Position numbers and translations under genes: made by a program. 64,000 nucleotides of DNA from positions 31,559 through 95,558 of the IMG/VR virus record IMGVR_UViG_2934156241_000001, one strand, 5' to 3'. The stretch comes from a virus (lineage: Duplodnaviria; Caudoviricetes). Shown here piece by piece: positions 18,734-27,474 of the stretch. The first letter of the stretch is position 1; each line of letters starts with the position of its first letter. Under the pieces are notes generated by a model. The model was given only the letters and a program-made list of their open reading frames with translations, made no database searches and was not told the DNA's origin.

Positions 18734-19426
18734 ATGACCGACCAGGCCACCTACGTCCGTACCGTTGGTGTCGCCCTCGATGAGCTGACCCCGTTCCCCG
18801 GAAACGCAAAGCGCGGCAACGTCGACACAATCCTCAACAGCCTCCGACGCAGCGGCCAATACCGGGGCCTCGTCGTGAGGGAGATCCCGGACGGACCGCT
18901 GATCGTCCTCGCCGGTAACCACACGATGCAGGCCATCGCAGCCCACGGCCCCGGCAACTGCGGCCAGACCGTCAAGACAGGCCGCAAGACCCGACCGTGC
19001 GGCCTGTGCCAGAACGACCCGTCATGGGAGACCGGCGCCCGCTGCGAGATCGTCCGGTGCGACGAAGACACCGCCCGCCGCATCAACATCGTGGACAACC
19101 GAGCATCCGACCTCGGCACGTACGACTACGAGGCACTGTCCGAACTCCTCGCGGGCCTGGACGACCTCGACGGCACCGGCTACACCCCGCGCGACGTCGA
19201 AGACATCACCGCGCTGCTCACCGCCCCGCCGGACGAGGTGCAGGAGCTCGCCGACCACCACGGCGAACCCAACGAAGACATCTTCCGCCCCAAGATCAGC
19301 ATGAGTGTGGACGCCGAGACGTTCGACCGGTGGCGCATCGCGCTGGACGCACACCCCGGCAATGACGATGAAGCCAAGCTGTCCGGCCTGCTGGACGAGG
19401 TCGAGCGCACCCGGGCCGCGGCATGA
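18734..19426 (+). CDS. ParB/Srx N-terminal-domain protein, paralog 3
   Basis: Same motifs; stop overlaps the next ATG (ATGA). Confidence 0.8.
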   Translation: MTDQATYVRTVGVALDELTPFPGNAKRGNVDTILNSLRRSGQYRGLVVREIPDGPLIVLAGNHTMQAIAAHGPGNCGQTVKTGRKTRPCGLCQNDPSWETGARCEIVRCDEDTARRINIVDNRASDLGTYDYEALSELLAGLDDLDGTGYTPRDVEDITALLTAPPDEVQELADHHGEPNEDIFRPKISMSVDAETFDRWRIALDAHPGNDDEAKLSGLLDEVERTRAAA

Positions 19427-20361
19427 CCGGCGCCCGCTTCACCGGCCTGGAACAGGACTTCAAGGCCCTGACCTCGTTCGCATTCTGGCGTCCCAAGCAC
19501 ATGGCCGACTTCGAGGCCAAGCTAGCCACACCAGTCAACATGATCTTCGGGGACTCCGGCGCCCACACCGCCCGCACCATGGGCCTCCACCTGACCCTGG
19601 AGGACTACGCCGCGTGGTGCCAGAAGTGGGACCGTCAACTCACCCTGTACGCGAACCTGGACGTCATCGGCGGCCCCGAGGCCACGTGGCGCAACCAGAA
19701 GGAACTGGAACTCGTCCACGGCCTGGAGCCGATCCCCGTGTTCCACACCGGAGACCCGTGGGAGTGGCTGGAGCGCTACCTGGACGAGGGCTATACGTAC
19801 ATCGCTCTCGGCAAGCTCCTCGGTAACCCGGTCAGCGAGGTGCTGCCGTGGATCGCGAAGGCCTTCCGCGTCGCCGGCGACCGCGCGGTCTTCCACGGCT
19901 TCGGCATGACCGTATGGCGCGCCCTGCGGGAGTTCCCGTTCTACAGCGTGGACTCCTCGACATGGGGGTCCGGCTTCCGCTTCGGCGTCGTCAAGCTCTT
20001 CGACTCGGACCGGGCCACCTTCGTCAACCTGATGATGCGTGACCGGCCAGCGCTGCTCCGGCACCGGGAGCTGGTCCGCGCCCACCACATCAACCCCATG
20101 AGCCTGGCGACCCGGGCCACCTACAACCGGACCGACGCCACCGTGCTCGCCGCCGTCGCGTGGCGCCGCGCCGAGGAATACCTCCGCGCCCGCCACGGCC
20201 CCATCACCATCCCCCCGGGCCCCCACAACCCCGTCACCCGGGGCGGACCCCGCACAGCCACCCCCGGCCTCCACCTGTACCTCGCGGAGGCCACCACCAC
20301 CAACCTCTACCGAGCCGCGGCCGGCGTCCAGTCCGCCCGGCAGGAAGCGAGCACCACATGA
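19423..20361 (+). CDS. dpdA: DpdA/TGT-like 7-deazaguanine DNA transglycosylase
   Basis: DSGAH, NLDVIG, IPVFH.G, IALG, HGFG.T, SVDSSTW motifs; adjacent to que/folE genes. Confidence 0.75.
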   Translation: MTGARFTGLEQDFKALTSFAFWRPKHMADFEAKLATPVNMIFGDSGAHTARTMGLHLTLEDYAAWCQKWDRQLTLYANLDVIGGPEATWRNQKELELVHGLEPIPVFHTGDPWEWLERYLDEGYTYIALGKLLGNPVSEVLPWIAKAFRVAGDRAVFHGFGMTVWRALREFPFYSVDSSTWGSGFRFGVVKLFDSDRATFVNLMMRDRPALLRHRELVRAHHINPMSLATRATYNRTDATVLAAVAWRRAEEYLRARHGPITIPPGPHNPVTRGGPRTATPGLHLYLAEATTTNLYRAAAGVQSARQEASTT

Positions 20362-20777
20362 CCACCAGCCCAGCGCCGGCCCTCCTGCGCACCGTCGAGG
20401 TCGGCCCCATCCCGATCTTCTTCACCAACGTCAACCGGCCCATGGGACTACGCGCCCACTCCCACACCGGGGCCGTCACCGTCGTCTACGACACGACCGG
20501 CCGCCATGGCTACCCCTCGTTCGCCGTCACCAACGCCGCCCTGGAACGGCACATCCATGAGCTGACCCGCACTGTGTTCAAGGACGCCACCAACGAGGAC
20601 ATCGCGGATCGCCTGTTCGCCCACCTCGACGGCTACGTGGCCCGGGAGTGGGAGGAGTGGGGCGGGGACTACCGGCTCCACGCCATCCACCTGGACGTCA
20701 TCGGCGTCCACGACGCGATCGGCCACGACAACTCCACCACCCGCTACACCGTCGCCCGCTCGCAGGGAGCCCACTGA
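20358..20777 (+). CDS. Divergent QueD-like T-fold protein (DpdL-like candidate)
   Basis: LRAHSHTGAVTV and ATNEDIA parallel the QueD HGH..V and PT.ENVA motifs; coupled to both neighbours. Confidence 0.55.
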   Translation: MTTSPAPALLRTVEVGPIPIFFTNVNRPMGLRAHSHTGAVTVVYDTTGRHGYPSFAVTNAALERHIHELTRTVFKDATNEDIADRLFAHLDGYVAREWEEWGGDYRLHAIHLDVIGVHDAIGHDNSTTRYTVARSQGAH

Positions 20778-21202
20778 TGCCGCACTCCGTCAGCGTGAAG
20801 CACAACTTTGAGACGGGGCACCGGCTCCCACACCTCCCCGGGAAGTGCCAGTCCCTCCACGGCCACTCATGGTGGATGGAGGCCACCGTCGAGGCCCCGG
20901 CCCTCGACAACGGGCTCGTCGTGGAGTTCGGCCCCTTCAAGAAGCAGCTCCGCCGCTGGATCGACGAGCACCTGGACCACGGGCTCATGCTCGGCCCGGA
21001 CGACGAGCTGCTGCCGCTGCTCTCCACGTACGGCAAGGTCCACCAGGTGCCGGGCTGGCCCACCGTCGAGAACGTCGCCGCCCTCATCGCCCGCGTCGCC
21101 CAGGACGCGCTGCAGGACCTTGTGCGCGCGCCCGGCGCCCGGGTCACTCAGGTCCACGTGTCCGAGACCCATGTCAACGCCGCCACCTGGACCGCCGCAT
21201 GA
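20777..21202 (+). CDS. queD: 6-carboxytetrahydropterin synthase
   Basis: FETGHRL...GKCQSLHGHSW, LDHG, PTVENVA, VSET. Confidence 0.93.
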   Translation: MPHSVSVKHNFETGHRLPHLPGKCQSLHGHSWWMEATVEAPALDNGLVVEFGPFKKQLRRWIDEHLDHGLMLGPDDELLPLLSTYGKVHQVPGWPTVENVAALIARVAQDALQDLVRAPGARVTQVHVSETHVNAATWTAA

Positions 21203-21924
21203 CCGACACCCAGGCCGCGGCCACCCCCTGGCTCCTCGTCGCGGAGTGCTTCGGACCAACGATTCAAGGCGAGGGCCCGTCCACCGGGCGCCGGGCCAGC
21301 TTCCTGCGCCTCGGCGCGTGCAACCTGTCGTGCAACTGGTGCGACTCCGGCGAGACATGGGACGCCTCCCGCTTCAACCTCCGCGAGACGCTGACCCGCC
21401 GCCCCGTAACGGAGCTGGTCGACCGCCTCCTCGAGGCGGCACCCGGCATCGTCGTCATCACGGGCGGGGAGCCGCTGCTCCACCAGAAACGCCCCGGCTG
21501 GATCACCCTCCTGGCCCGGCTGGAGGCCGCCGGGGTCGACATCGAGGTCGAGACGAACGGCACCCTGGCACCCACCCCGCACACCGCCGCGCACGTCACC
21601 CGCTTCAACGTGTCCCCGAAGCTCGCCCACGCCGGCGACCCGGAGGACAAGCGGATCCGCCCCCAGGCCCTGGCCACCCTCGTCGCGACAGGCCGGGCCG
21701 CGTTCAAGTTCGTCTGCCGCACGGAGGCCGACGTCGACCAGGTCGCAGCCCACGCCCACACCCACAACCTTCCCCCGGACACGGTGTGGGTCATGCCCGA
21801 AGGCACCAACACCACGGAGCTGGACACCCGGCTCCGCGTCATCGCAGACCCCGCCATCGCAGCGGGCTTCAACATCACAGGACGCCTCCACGTGAACGCG
21901 TGGGGCAACGAGAAGGGCCGATGA
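21199..21924 (+). CDS. queE: 7-carboxy-7-deazaguanine synthase (radical SAM)
   Basis: TIQGEG, CNLSCNWCDS, TGGEPLL, IEVETNGT, VSPK, RLH. Confidence 0.95.
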   Translation: MTDTQAAATPWLLVAECFGPTIQGEGPSTGRRASFLRLGACNLSCNWCDSGETWDASRFNLRETLTRRPVTELVDRLLEAAPGIVVITGGEPLLHQKRPGWITLLARLEAAGVDIEVETNGTLAPTPHTAAHVTRFNVSPKLAHAGDPEDKRIRPQALATLVATGRAAFKFVCRTEADVDQVAAHAHTHNLPPDTVWVMPEGTNTTELDTRLRVIADPAIAAGFNITGRLHVNAWGNEKGR

Positions 21925-22538
21925 CCATGACAACCGCCATGACCCCCGTACGCAACGCCCCGGCCGCCCGCCGCAAGACGGTCACCGCCTACCGCAACGG
22001 CGTACGCGCCTGGCTCACCGGCCGCGGCCTCGACCCCGACAGCCCCGCCCTCATCGACACCCCGGACCGCGTACTCCGCGCCCTGGAGGAAATGACCGCC
22101 GGCTACACCGAGGACCCCGCCGAACACCTCGCCCGCACCTTCCCCGTCGACCACGACGGCGGCCCCATCATGGTCACCGGCGTCCCCTTCACGTCCCTGT
22201 GCGAACACCACATGCTCCCCTTCACCGGACACGCAGACATCGCCTACCAGCCCCACCCCGGCGACCCCGTAGCCGGCCTGTCCAAGCTCCCGCGCGTCCT
22301 GGACGTCTACGCCCGACGCCTCCAGACACAGGAACAGCTCACCCAGCAGGTCACCGCCGCCCTCGACACCCACCTCCACCCCGTGGGCTCGGCCTGCGTC
22401 ATCCGCTCCGAACACGGCTGCCTGGCACACCGAGGCGCCCGCAAGCCCGGCTCCGTCATGGTCACCGCCTCCTACACCGGTGCCTTCCTCGACGACCGGG
22501 AAGCCCGCGCCGAGCTCCACCGCCTGATGACCGGCTGA
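21921..22538 (+). CDS. folE: GTP cyclohydrolase I
   Basis: DTPDRV, SLCEHHMLPF.G, GLSKL.R, RRLQTQE, H.C...RG. Confidence 0.95.
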   Translation: MTMTTAMTPVRNAPAARRKTVTAYRNGVRAWLTGRGLDPDSPALIDTPDRVLRALEEMTAGYTEDPAEHLARTFPVDHDGGPIMVTGVPFTSLCEHHMLPFTGHADIAYQPHPGDPVAGLSKLPRVLDVYARRLQTQEQLTQQVTAALDTHLHPVGSACVIRSEHGCLAHRGARKPGSVMVTASYTGAFLDDREARAELHRLMTG

Positions 22539-22621
22539 CGTGTCCCCGTGGGGCGAACGCGTCCCCATAAGCAACCTGTCCCCGAACCGCTGAAAACGTG
22601 CCCCCCGACAGGAGGCCACAC

Positions 22622-23041
22622 ATGCCCGCTTCCAAAGCCCAGCAGGCCGCCACCGCCGAGCGCCGCGCCAAGGCGATCACCATGCGTACGGCAGGGCTCG
22701 ACTGGCAGACCATCACCGAGCAACTCGGCTACCGCGACCGCAACACGGCGTGCAAGGACGTACGCCGCGCGCTGGAGGCCCGGCGAAAGGAGGAGGCCAA
22801 GGAGGCCGACGAGCTCAAGCAGATGACCGTGATCCGCTACGACCGCCTACAGACCGCCTTCTGGGCCAAAGCGGTCAAGGGCGATACCAAGGCTGCCGAG
22901 GTCGTGCTGAAGTGCCTGTCCGGCCGAGCCCGGATCGAGGGCACCGAGGCACCGGTCCGCGTGAACGTGGACGCGCAGCGACTGGGCGACGAGATCATGG
23001 CGCTCCTGGACGGCGCAGCCGACGACCCCGCAGCCTCGTGA
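22622..23041 (+). CDS. Putative terminase small subunit (HTH)
   Basis: ERRAKAI.MR.AG..W..I.EQLGY helix-turn-helix; position upstream of TerL; AGGAGG RBS. Confidence 0.7.
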   Translation: MPASKAQQAATAERRAKAITMRTAGLDWQTITEQLGYRDRNTACKDVRRALEARRKEEAKEADELKQMTVIRYDRLQTAFWAKAVKGDTKAAEVVLKCLSGRARIEGTEAPVRVNVDAQRLGDEIMALLDGAADDPAAS

Positions 23042-23178
23042 CCTGCCGTAACGACCGTGTACCAGAGGACCAGGGGCGAGATCCTGCCCCCTGGGGCGTC
23101 GATAACATTTCGGTCAAAGCCCCCGCGACGGGTGCCACCGTCGCGGGGTGCCAGACCCGGAGAGACGCGAGGTCCGAC

Positions 23179-23964
23179 ATGCCTGACCGTAGTTGCTCCA
23201 CCTCACGTTGCGGCAAGCCCAACGCCCCACACCGCGCCCGGCTCGGCTCCGGGTACTGGTGCATGTCCTGCCTCGACCACTGGCGACGCCACGACGAGGA
23301 CCCCGCACACCGGCAGGCCCTGCGCCCGGTCCTGGAGGCGTGCCCCGTGGTCGAGGACGGCGCCCCGTGTGGTCGCCCGGTCGTCGTGAAGCGCACCGGC
23401 TGGTGTGAGTCCCACCGCAAGGTCGCCTTGCGCAATGGCTCCCCGACCAGCCGCAAGAGGGCAGGCCGCGTTCGTCTGCTTGACCTCGTGCTCGGTGCCG
23501 CCCGGGCGGCGGACGAGGAGTGCATCATCCCGGCCGGGTGGGAGCAGCGCCCCATCGTCCGGCTCGAAGGCCAGCAGATGACTGCCGCCCGCGCCGTATG
23601 GACTCTCGCCCACGGCGACCCGGGCCAGGCGCACGTCCTGCATACGTGCAACGAGGGGGACGGCTCCCACGGGTGCATCAGCATCCGACACCCGTACCTC
23701 GGCGACAACGACCAGAACACCCGCGACCGCATGGACGCGGAGCGGCAGGCGCGCGGCGAGGGGCACGGCAGACACATCCTGACCGTTGCCCAGGTGCAGG
23801 ACATCCGAAGGCGGCACGTGCCCGGCACGGGCCCCTACAACCGGGGGAACACCCGGGACCTCGCCGGGGAATTCACGGTCGCCGAGTCCACCATTCGGGC
23901 CGCCGTCCGTGGCGACAACTGGGGATGGCTCCAGGGAGGAGCACCGGGTGGCGACGACAGATGA
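23179..23964 (+). CDS. HNH homing endonuclease-like protein
   Basis: Cys/His N-terminal fingers; VLHTC....C....H...GD...N..D; C-terminal HTH. Confidence 0.75.
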   Translation: MPDRSCSTSRCGKPNAPHRARLGSGYWCMSCLDHWRRHDEDPAHRQALRPVLEACPVVEDGAPCGRPVVVKRTGWCESHRKVALRNGSPTSRKRAGRVRLLDLVLGAARAADEECIIPAGWEQRPIVRLEGQQMTAARAVWTLAHGDPGQAHVLHTCNEGDGSHGCISIRHPYLGDNDQNTRDRMDAERQARGEGHGRHILTVAQVQDIRRRHVPGTGPYNRGNTRDLAGEFTVAESTIRAAVRGDNWGWLQGGAPGGDDR

Positions 23965-25582
23965 GATTGAGCGGCAGGTCCAGGCGCTGGTACGGGCGGG
24001 GGATGTCGCAGCCCTCCGCGCGCTGCGCGACCGGGTCAAGGCGCAGCGCTCCCGCGAGACCTCACGGCGTGCCTTGCGGTACATGCGGGACCCGGTGGGG
24101 TGGGCTCGTGACTGCCTCGACTGGAGCGACGGCCAGGGCCTGACCGCCTACCAGGACGACGTCCTGTCTTCCCTGCCAACCCGTAAGCGGGTAGCCGTAC
24201 GCGGCCCCCACGGGCTCGGCAAGACAGGCATGGCCGCGATCACTGTCCTGTGGTTCGCCACTACCCGCGAGGCCGCCGGCATCGACTGGAAGGTCATCAC
24301 CACGGCGTCCGCGTGGCGTCACCTCGCAGTGTTCCTCTTCCCCGAGATCCACAAGTGGGCCCGCCGGATCCGCTGGGACGTCCTCGGCCGAGACCCGTTC
24401 TCTGAGCGTACCGAGCTGCTCACTTTGAACCTCAAGCTCCACCACGGCGCGGCCTCCGCTGTTGCCTCGAACAAGGCCGAGTTGATCGAGGGCGCACACG
24501 CGGACAGCCTGTTGTACCTGATCGATGAGGCCAAGATCGTCCCGGACGCCACGTGGGACGCCATCGAGGGCGCGTTCTCCGGCGGTCGCATGGATGGCCT
24601 GCCGGAGGCTTTCGCGCTGGCCATTTCCACACCGGGGCCGACGACCGGCCGGTTCTACGACATCCACCGCCGCGCCCCAGGGCTGGAGGACTGGTACACC
24701 CGCCACGTCACCCTCCAGGAAGCCATTGACGCCGGCCGTATCAGCGAGGACTGGGCGCAGCAGCGCGCCCGGCAGTGGGGCAAGGACTCAGCCCTCTACG
24801 CGAACCGTGTGCTGGGGGAGTTCCGGGCCGCCGACGAGGACAGCGTCATCCCGCTCGCCTGGGTGGAGGCAGCCGTGGAACGGTGGCTTGCCTGGGACGC
24901 CGCTGGACGCCCCCCGGTGGAAGGGCGCCGCGTGCTGGGCGTGGACGTGGCACGGTCCGGCTCGGACTCCACCGTCCTGACCCACCGCACCGGCCTGTGC
25001 ATCGCGGAGCTCGTCGCCCACGACCGGGAAGACACCATGCAGACCACGGCCCGCGTCCAGGCCGCCGTGGGCGAGGACGGGGCTACCGGCATCGTGCCCG
25101 TGGTCGACAGCATCGGTGTCGGCGGCGGCGTCGTGGACCGCCTCCGCGAACTCCGCGTGCCCGTCCTGGCCTACACCGGGGCCGCGAAGACCAAGCGGAG
25201 GACTCGCGACCAGGAATGGGGCTTCACCAACGTGCGGTCGGCCGCGTACTGGAACGTGCGGGAACTTCTCGACCCCGCGTTCGCCCCGGAGCTGATGCTG
25301 CCGCCGGACGACCTGCTGCTCTCCGACCTGACGACACCAACGTGGGACGTGACCACCGGGGTACCGCCGAAGATCCAGGTGGAGCGGAAGGAGGACGTCG
25401 TCGCCCGCCTCGGCCGCTCCCCGGACCGGGGCGACTCCGTCGTCATGTCCCTGTGGGCCGAACACCTCGCCGCGTCCACGGTCCGCTCGCCGGCCTCCCG
25501 TACGGCAGGGGCCACAAGCGCGTCCGCAGCGCGGTACGGGCGCAGCATGGGCGCGAGTGCAGGGGGCGGTCGCACCCGGTGA
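23948..25582 (+). CDS. terL: Terminase large subunit
   Basis: Walker A GPHGLGKT, Walker B LIDEA, ISTP, nuclease GVDVA...D, SPDRGD. Confidence 0.93.
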   Translation: MATTDEIERQVQALVRAGDVAALRALRDRVKAQRSRETSRRALRYMRDPVGWARDCLDWSDGQGLTAYQDDVLSSLPTRKRVAVRGPHGLGKTGMAAITVLWFATTREAAGIDWKVITTASAWRHLAVFLFPEIHKWARRIRWDVLGRDPFSERTELLTLNLKLHHGAASAVASNKAELIEGAHADSLLYLIDEAKIVPDATWDAIEGAFSGGRMDGLPEAFALAISTPGPTTGRFYDIHRRAPGLEDWYTRHVTLQEAIDAGRISEDWAQQRARQWGKDSALYANRVLGEFRAADEDSVIPLAWVEAAVERWLAWDAAGRPPVEGRRVLGVDVARSGSDSTVLTHRTGLCIAELVAHDREDTMQTTARVQAAVGEDGATGIVPVVDSIGVGGGVVDRLRELRVPVLAYTGAAKTKRRTRDQEWGFTNVRSAAYWNVRELLDPAFAPELMLPPDDLLLSDLTTPTWDVTTGVPPKIQVERKEDVVARLGRSPDRGDSVVMSLWAEHLAASTVRSPASRTAGATSASAARYGRSMGASAGGGRTR

Positions 25583-25583
25583 T

Positions 25584-25626
25584 CACGAAACCCCCGCCGG
25601 ACAGCTACGGACGGCGGGGGTTCGTG
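25584..25626 (+). terminator. Hairpin after terminase
   Basis: cacgaaacccccgccg...cggcgggggttcgtg. Confidence 0.65.
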
Positions 25627-25892
25627 CAGGCAATTGCCTGGCCCACCATGAAGCTAGCAGCAGGATGGGGGGGCGCACGCAAACCGTGGCGCGCGCCTGG
25701 GAGGGGCCACCAGCGCCTCCGCAGCCCGGTACGGACGTAGCTTCGGTGGCGCCTCGACGTCCCGGCTGTGAGGCGGCGGGAGAGGGTATAGCCGCAGCTC
25801 AGAGGCCCTACGGAGCTAGAATGGATCTTGTTAAGGCCCCGGAGGTGCTCGAACACCCCCGGGGCGTGGCCGACGCTTGTAGGAGCGCCGAC

Positions 25893-26539
25893 ATGACCGA
25901 CCGTATCTGTTCACTGCCCGACTGCGGGAAGCGGCACGTGGCTCGTGGCTACTGCCGTGGTCACTACGAGAATTCGCGGAGGACAGGGAACCCCATCGCC
26001 GTGCGGGTCTACGTCAAGGGGGGCGCACGTGCTCGTTCCCTGACTGTGGCAGGCCGCACGACTGCCGCGACCTGTGCCGGGGGCACAACGCACAGAGGGA
26101 CGCGGGCAAGGTGCTCGCCCCGCTCGCCGCCTACTGGAAGGCCAGCGACCGCGACGACCAGGGCCGCAAGCGATGCCGTACGTGCGCGACCTGGCAGACC
26201 GTGGACCAGTTCAACCGGAGGTCCACGACCTCTGACGGTCTGGACACCATCTGTCTCCGCTGCTGCCGCGACAACAAGATGCGGGTCAACTACGGGATCA
26301 CGCTGGAGGCGTACCTCCGGATGCTGGAGGACCAGGGAGACGGCTGCGCGATCTGCGGCGGCACGAACCCGGGAGGCAAGGAGTTGGCGGTCGACCACGA
26401 CCACCGGTGCTGTCCTGGCCGTAAGTCCTGCGGCGCCTGCGTCCGGGGCCTGTTGTGCTCGTCGTGCAACCTCGCCATCGGGATGCTCGGAGAGGACCCC
26501 GTGCGCCTCGACGCTGCGGCGTCCTACCTGCGCCGCTAG
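25893..26539 (+). pseudogene. Endonuclease VII-family gene interrupted by a frameshift in a G6 run (26018-26023)
   Basis: AGGAG RBS; CSLPDC..H..RGYC.GH repeat resumes as CSFPDC..H..RDLC.GH in the -1 frame; YGIT..Y..ML..Q...CAIC..LAVDHDH..VRGLLC..CN. Confidence 0.75.
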
Positions 26540-26688
26540 GACTCCTCGGCCAGCAGCTCCGCCGGCACGAACGTCACACCCACGACGGGGAAGGCGGGGC
26601 CGGGGCCGTAGATCACGCCCTCCCGGCCCTCGTCGGTATCCAGCTCCACCAGCCGCAACACCTCGGCCGGGTCCTCGTGATCAGCCAT
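26536..26688 (-). CDS. 50-aa acidic peptide, paralog of 26732-26914
   Basis: MADHEDPAEVLRLVELDTDEGREGVIYGPGPAFPVVGVTFVPAELLAEES; TACCGT 6 nt before the ATG. Confidence 0.6.
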   Translation of the reverse strand: MADHEDPAEVLRLVELDTDEGREGVIYGPGPAFPVVGVTFVPAELLAEES

Positions 26689-26731
26689 GCATCCACGGTA
26701 GGGGCCGGCCCACCACCGTGCCCGGGGGTGC

Positions 26732-26914
26732 CTACGGGTGGGGGAAGTCGAGCCCCGCCGGGATGAGCATGACGCCCTCGGAGGCGAACCCGGGGCCGTC
26801 GCCGTAGAACAGCATCTCGGCCCCGCCCTCGGCGGTCTCCAACGTGACGTGCGCCGGCGTCGGACCGGGGCGCAGCGCGGCCAGCAACTCGGCGGCGATC
26901 TCTTCGCGGTTCAT
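26732..26914 (-). CDS. 60-aa acidic peptide
   Basis: VTLETAEGGAEMLFYGDGPGFASEGVMLIPA; TACCCT 6 nt before the ATG. Confidence 0.6.
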   Translation of the reverse strand: MNREEIAAELLAALRPGPTPAHVTLETAEGGAEMLFYGDGPGFASEGVMLIPAGLDFPHP

Positions 26915-27135
26915 CCCACGAGGGTAGGGCGCCGGTGGTCACAGGTTGTGTGACCCTGCGCCGTCCGGACACTGCATCGGCATCACCACCGGCACCCAGA
27001 CCCCGGACCCTACCCCCGGCCCATGATCTGAATTGCCCTGCTGACCTGGGCATTTGCCGTCCGGCGAGCACTCCCAGAGGTGGCCTATGATGCTCCGCCG
27101 AAACCGGAGGATGACATTCCGCACCTGGGGGCGCC

Positions 27136-27474
27136 TTGATCCAGCTCACCGAACTCGCACTGCTCGGCCTCGCCGGCTACCGGGCAACCCAGCTCGCAGT
27201 CCACGACACGATCCTCGACCCCGCCCGCGACCGCCTCCACGAATGGCACGAGGCCCGACCAACCTCCCGCAGCCGGGAGTTCGTCATCACGCTCATCTCG
27301 TGCGTGTACTGCATGGGGTGGTGGATCAGCGGGGCCATCCTCGCCACGTACCTGCTGGCCACCGACCAGTTCGACGGGACACCGCTCCTCGTCCACGGCA
27401 TCGAGTGGCTGGCCGTCGCCGGGGCCGCCGTCTTCACCAACCGCGTCGATGACACCCTCGGGCGCCTCGCGTGA
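27136..27474 (+). CDS. DUF1360-like membrane protein with CxxC
   Basis: LAGYRATQL...D.I....R..L; LISCVYCMGWW; three hydrophobic segments; coupled to portal. Confidence 0.7.
   Translation: MIQLTELALLGLAGYRATQLAVHDTILDPARDRLHEWHEARPTSRSREFVITLISCVYCMGWWISGAILATYLLATDQFDGTPLLVHGIEWLAVAGAAVFTNRVDDTLGRLA

Noticed and set aside
16049-19426. ParB paralogs as a parABS partition system
   Set aside because: No ParA nearby, no typical central HTH, and the context is a modification/terminase locus
19423-22538. Host tRNA queuosine pathway
   Set aside because: No QueC, QueF or QueA; the TGT-like protein lacks the C-terminal CxCxxC Zn site of tRNA TGTs and sits beside terminase
23948-25582. Intein or intron in terminase
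   Set aside because: Length is normal, motifs are contiguous, and the endonucleases are free-standing
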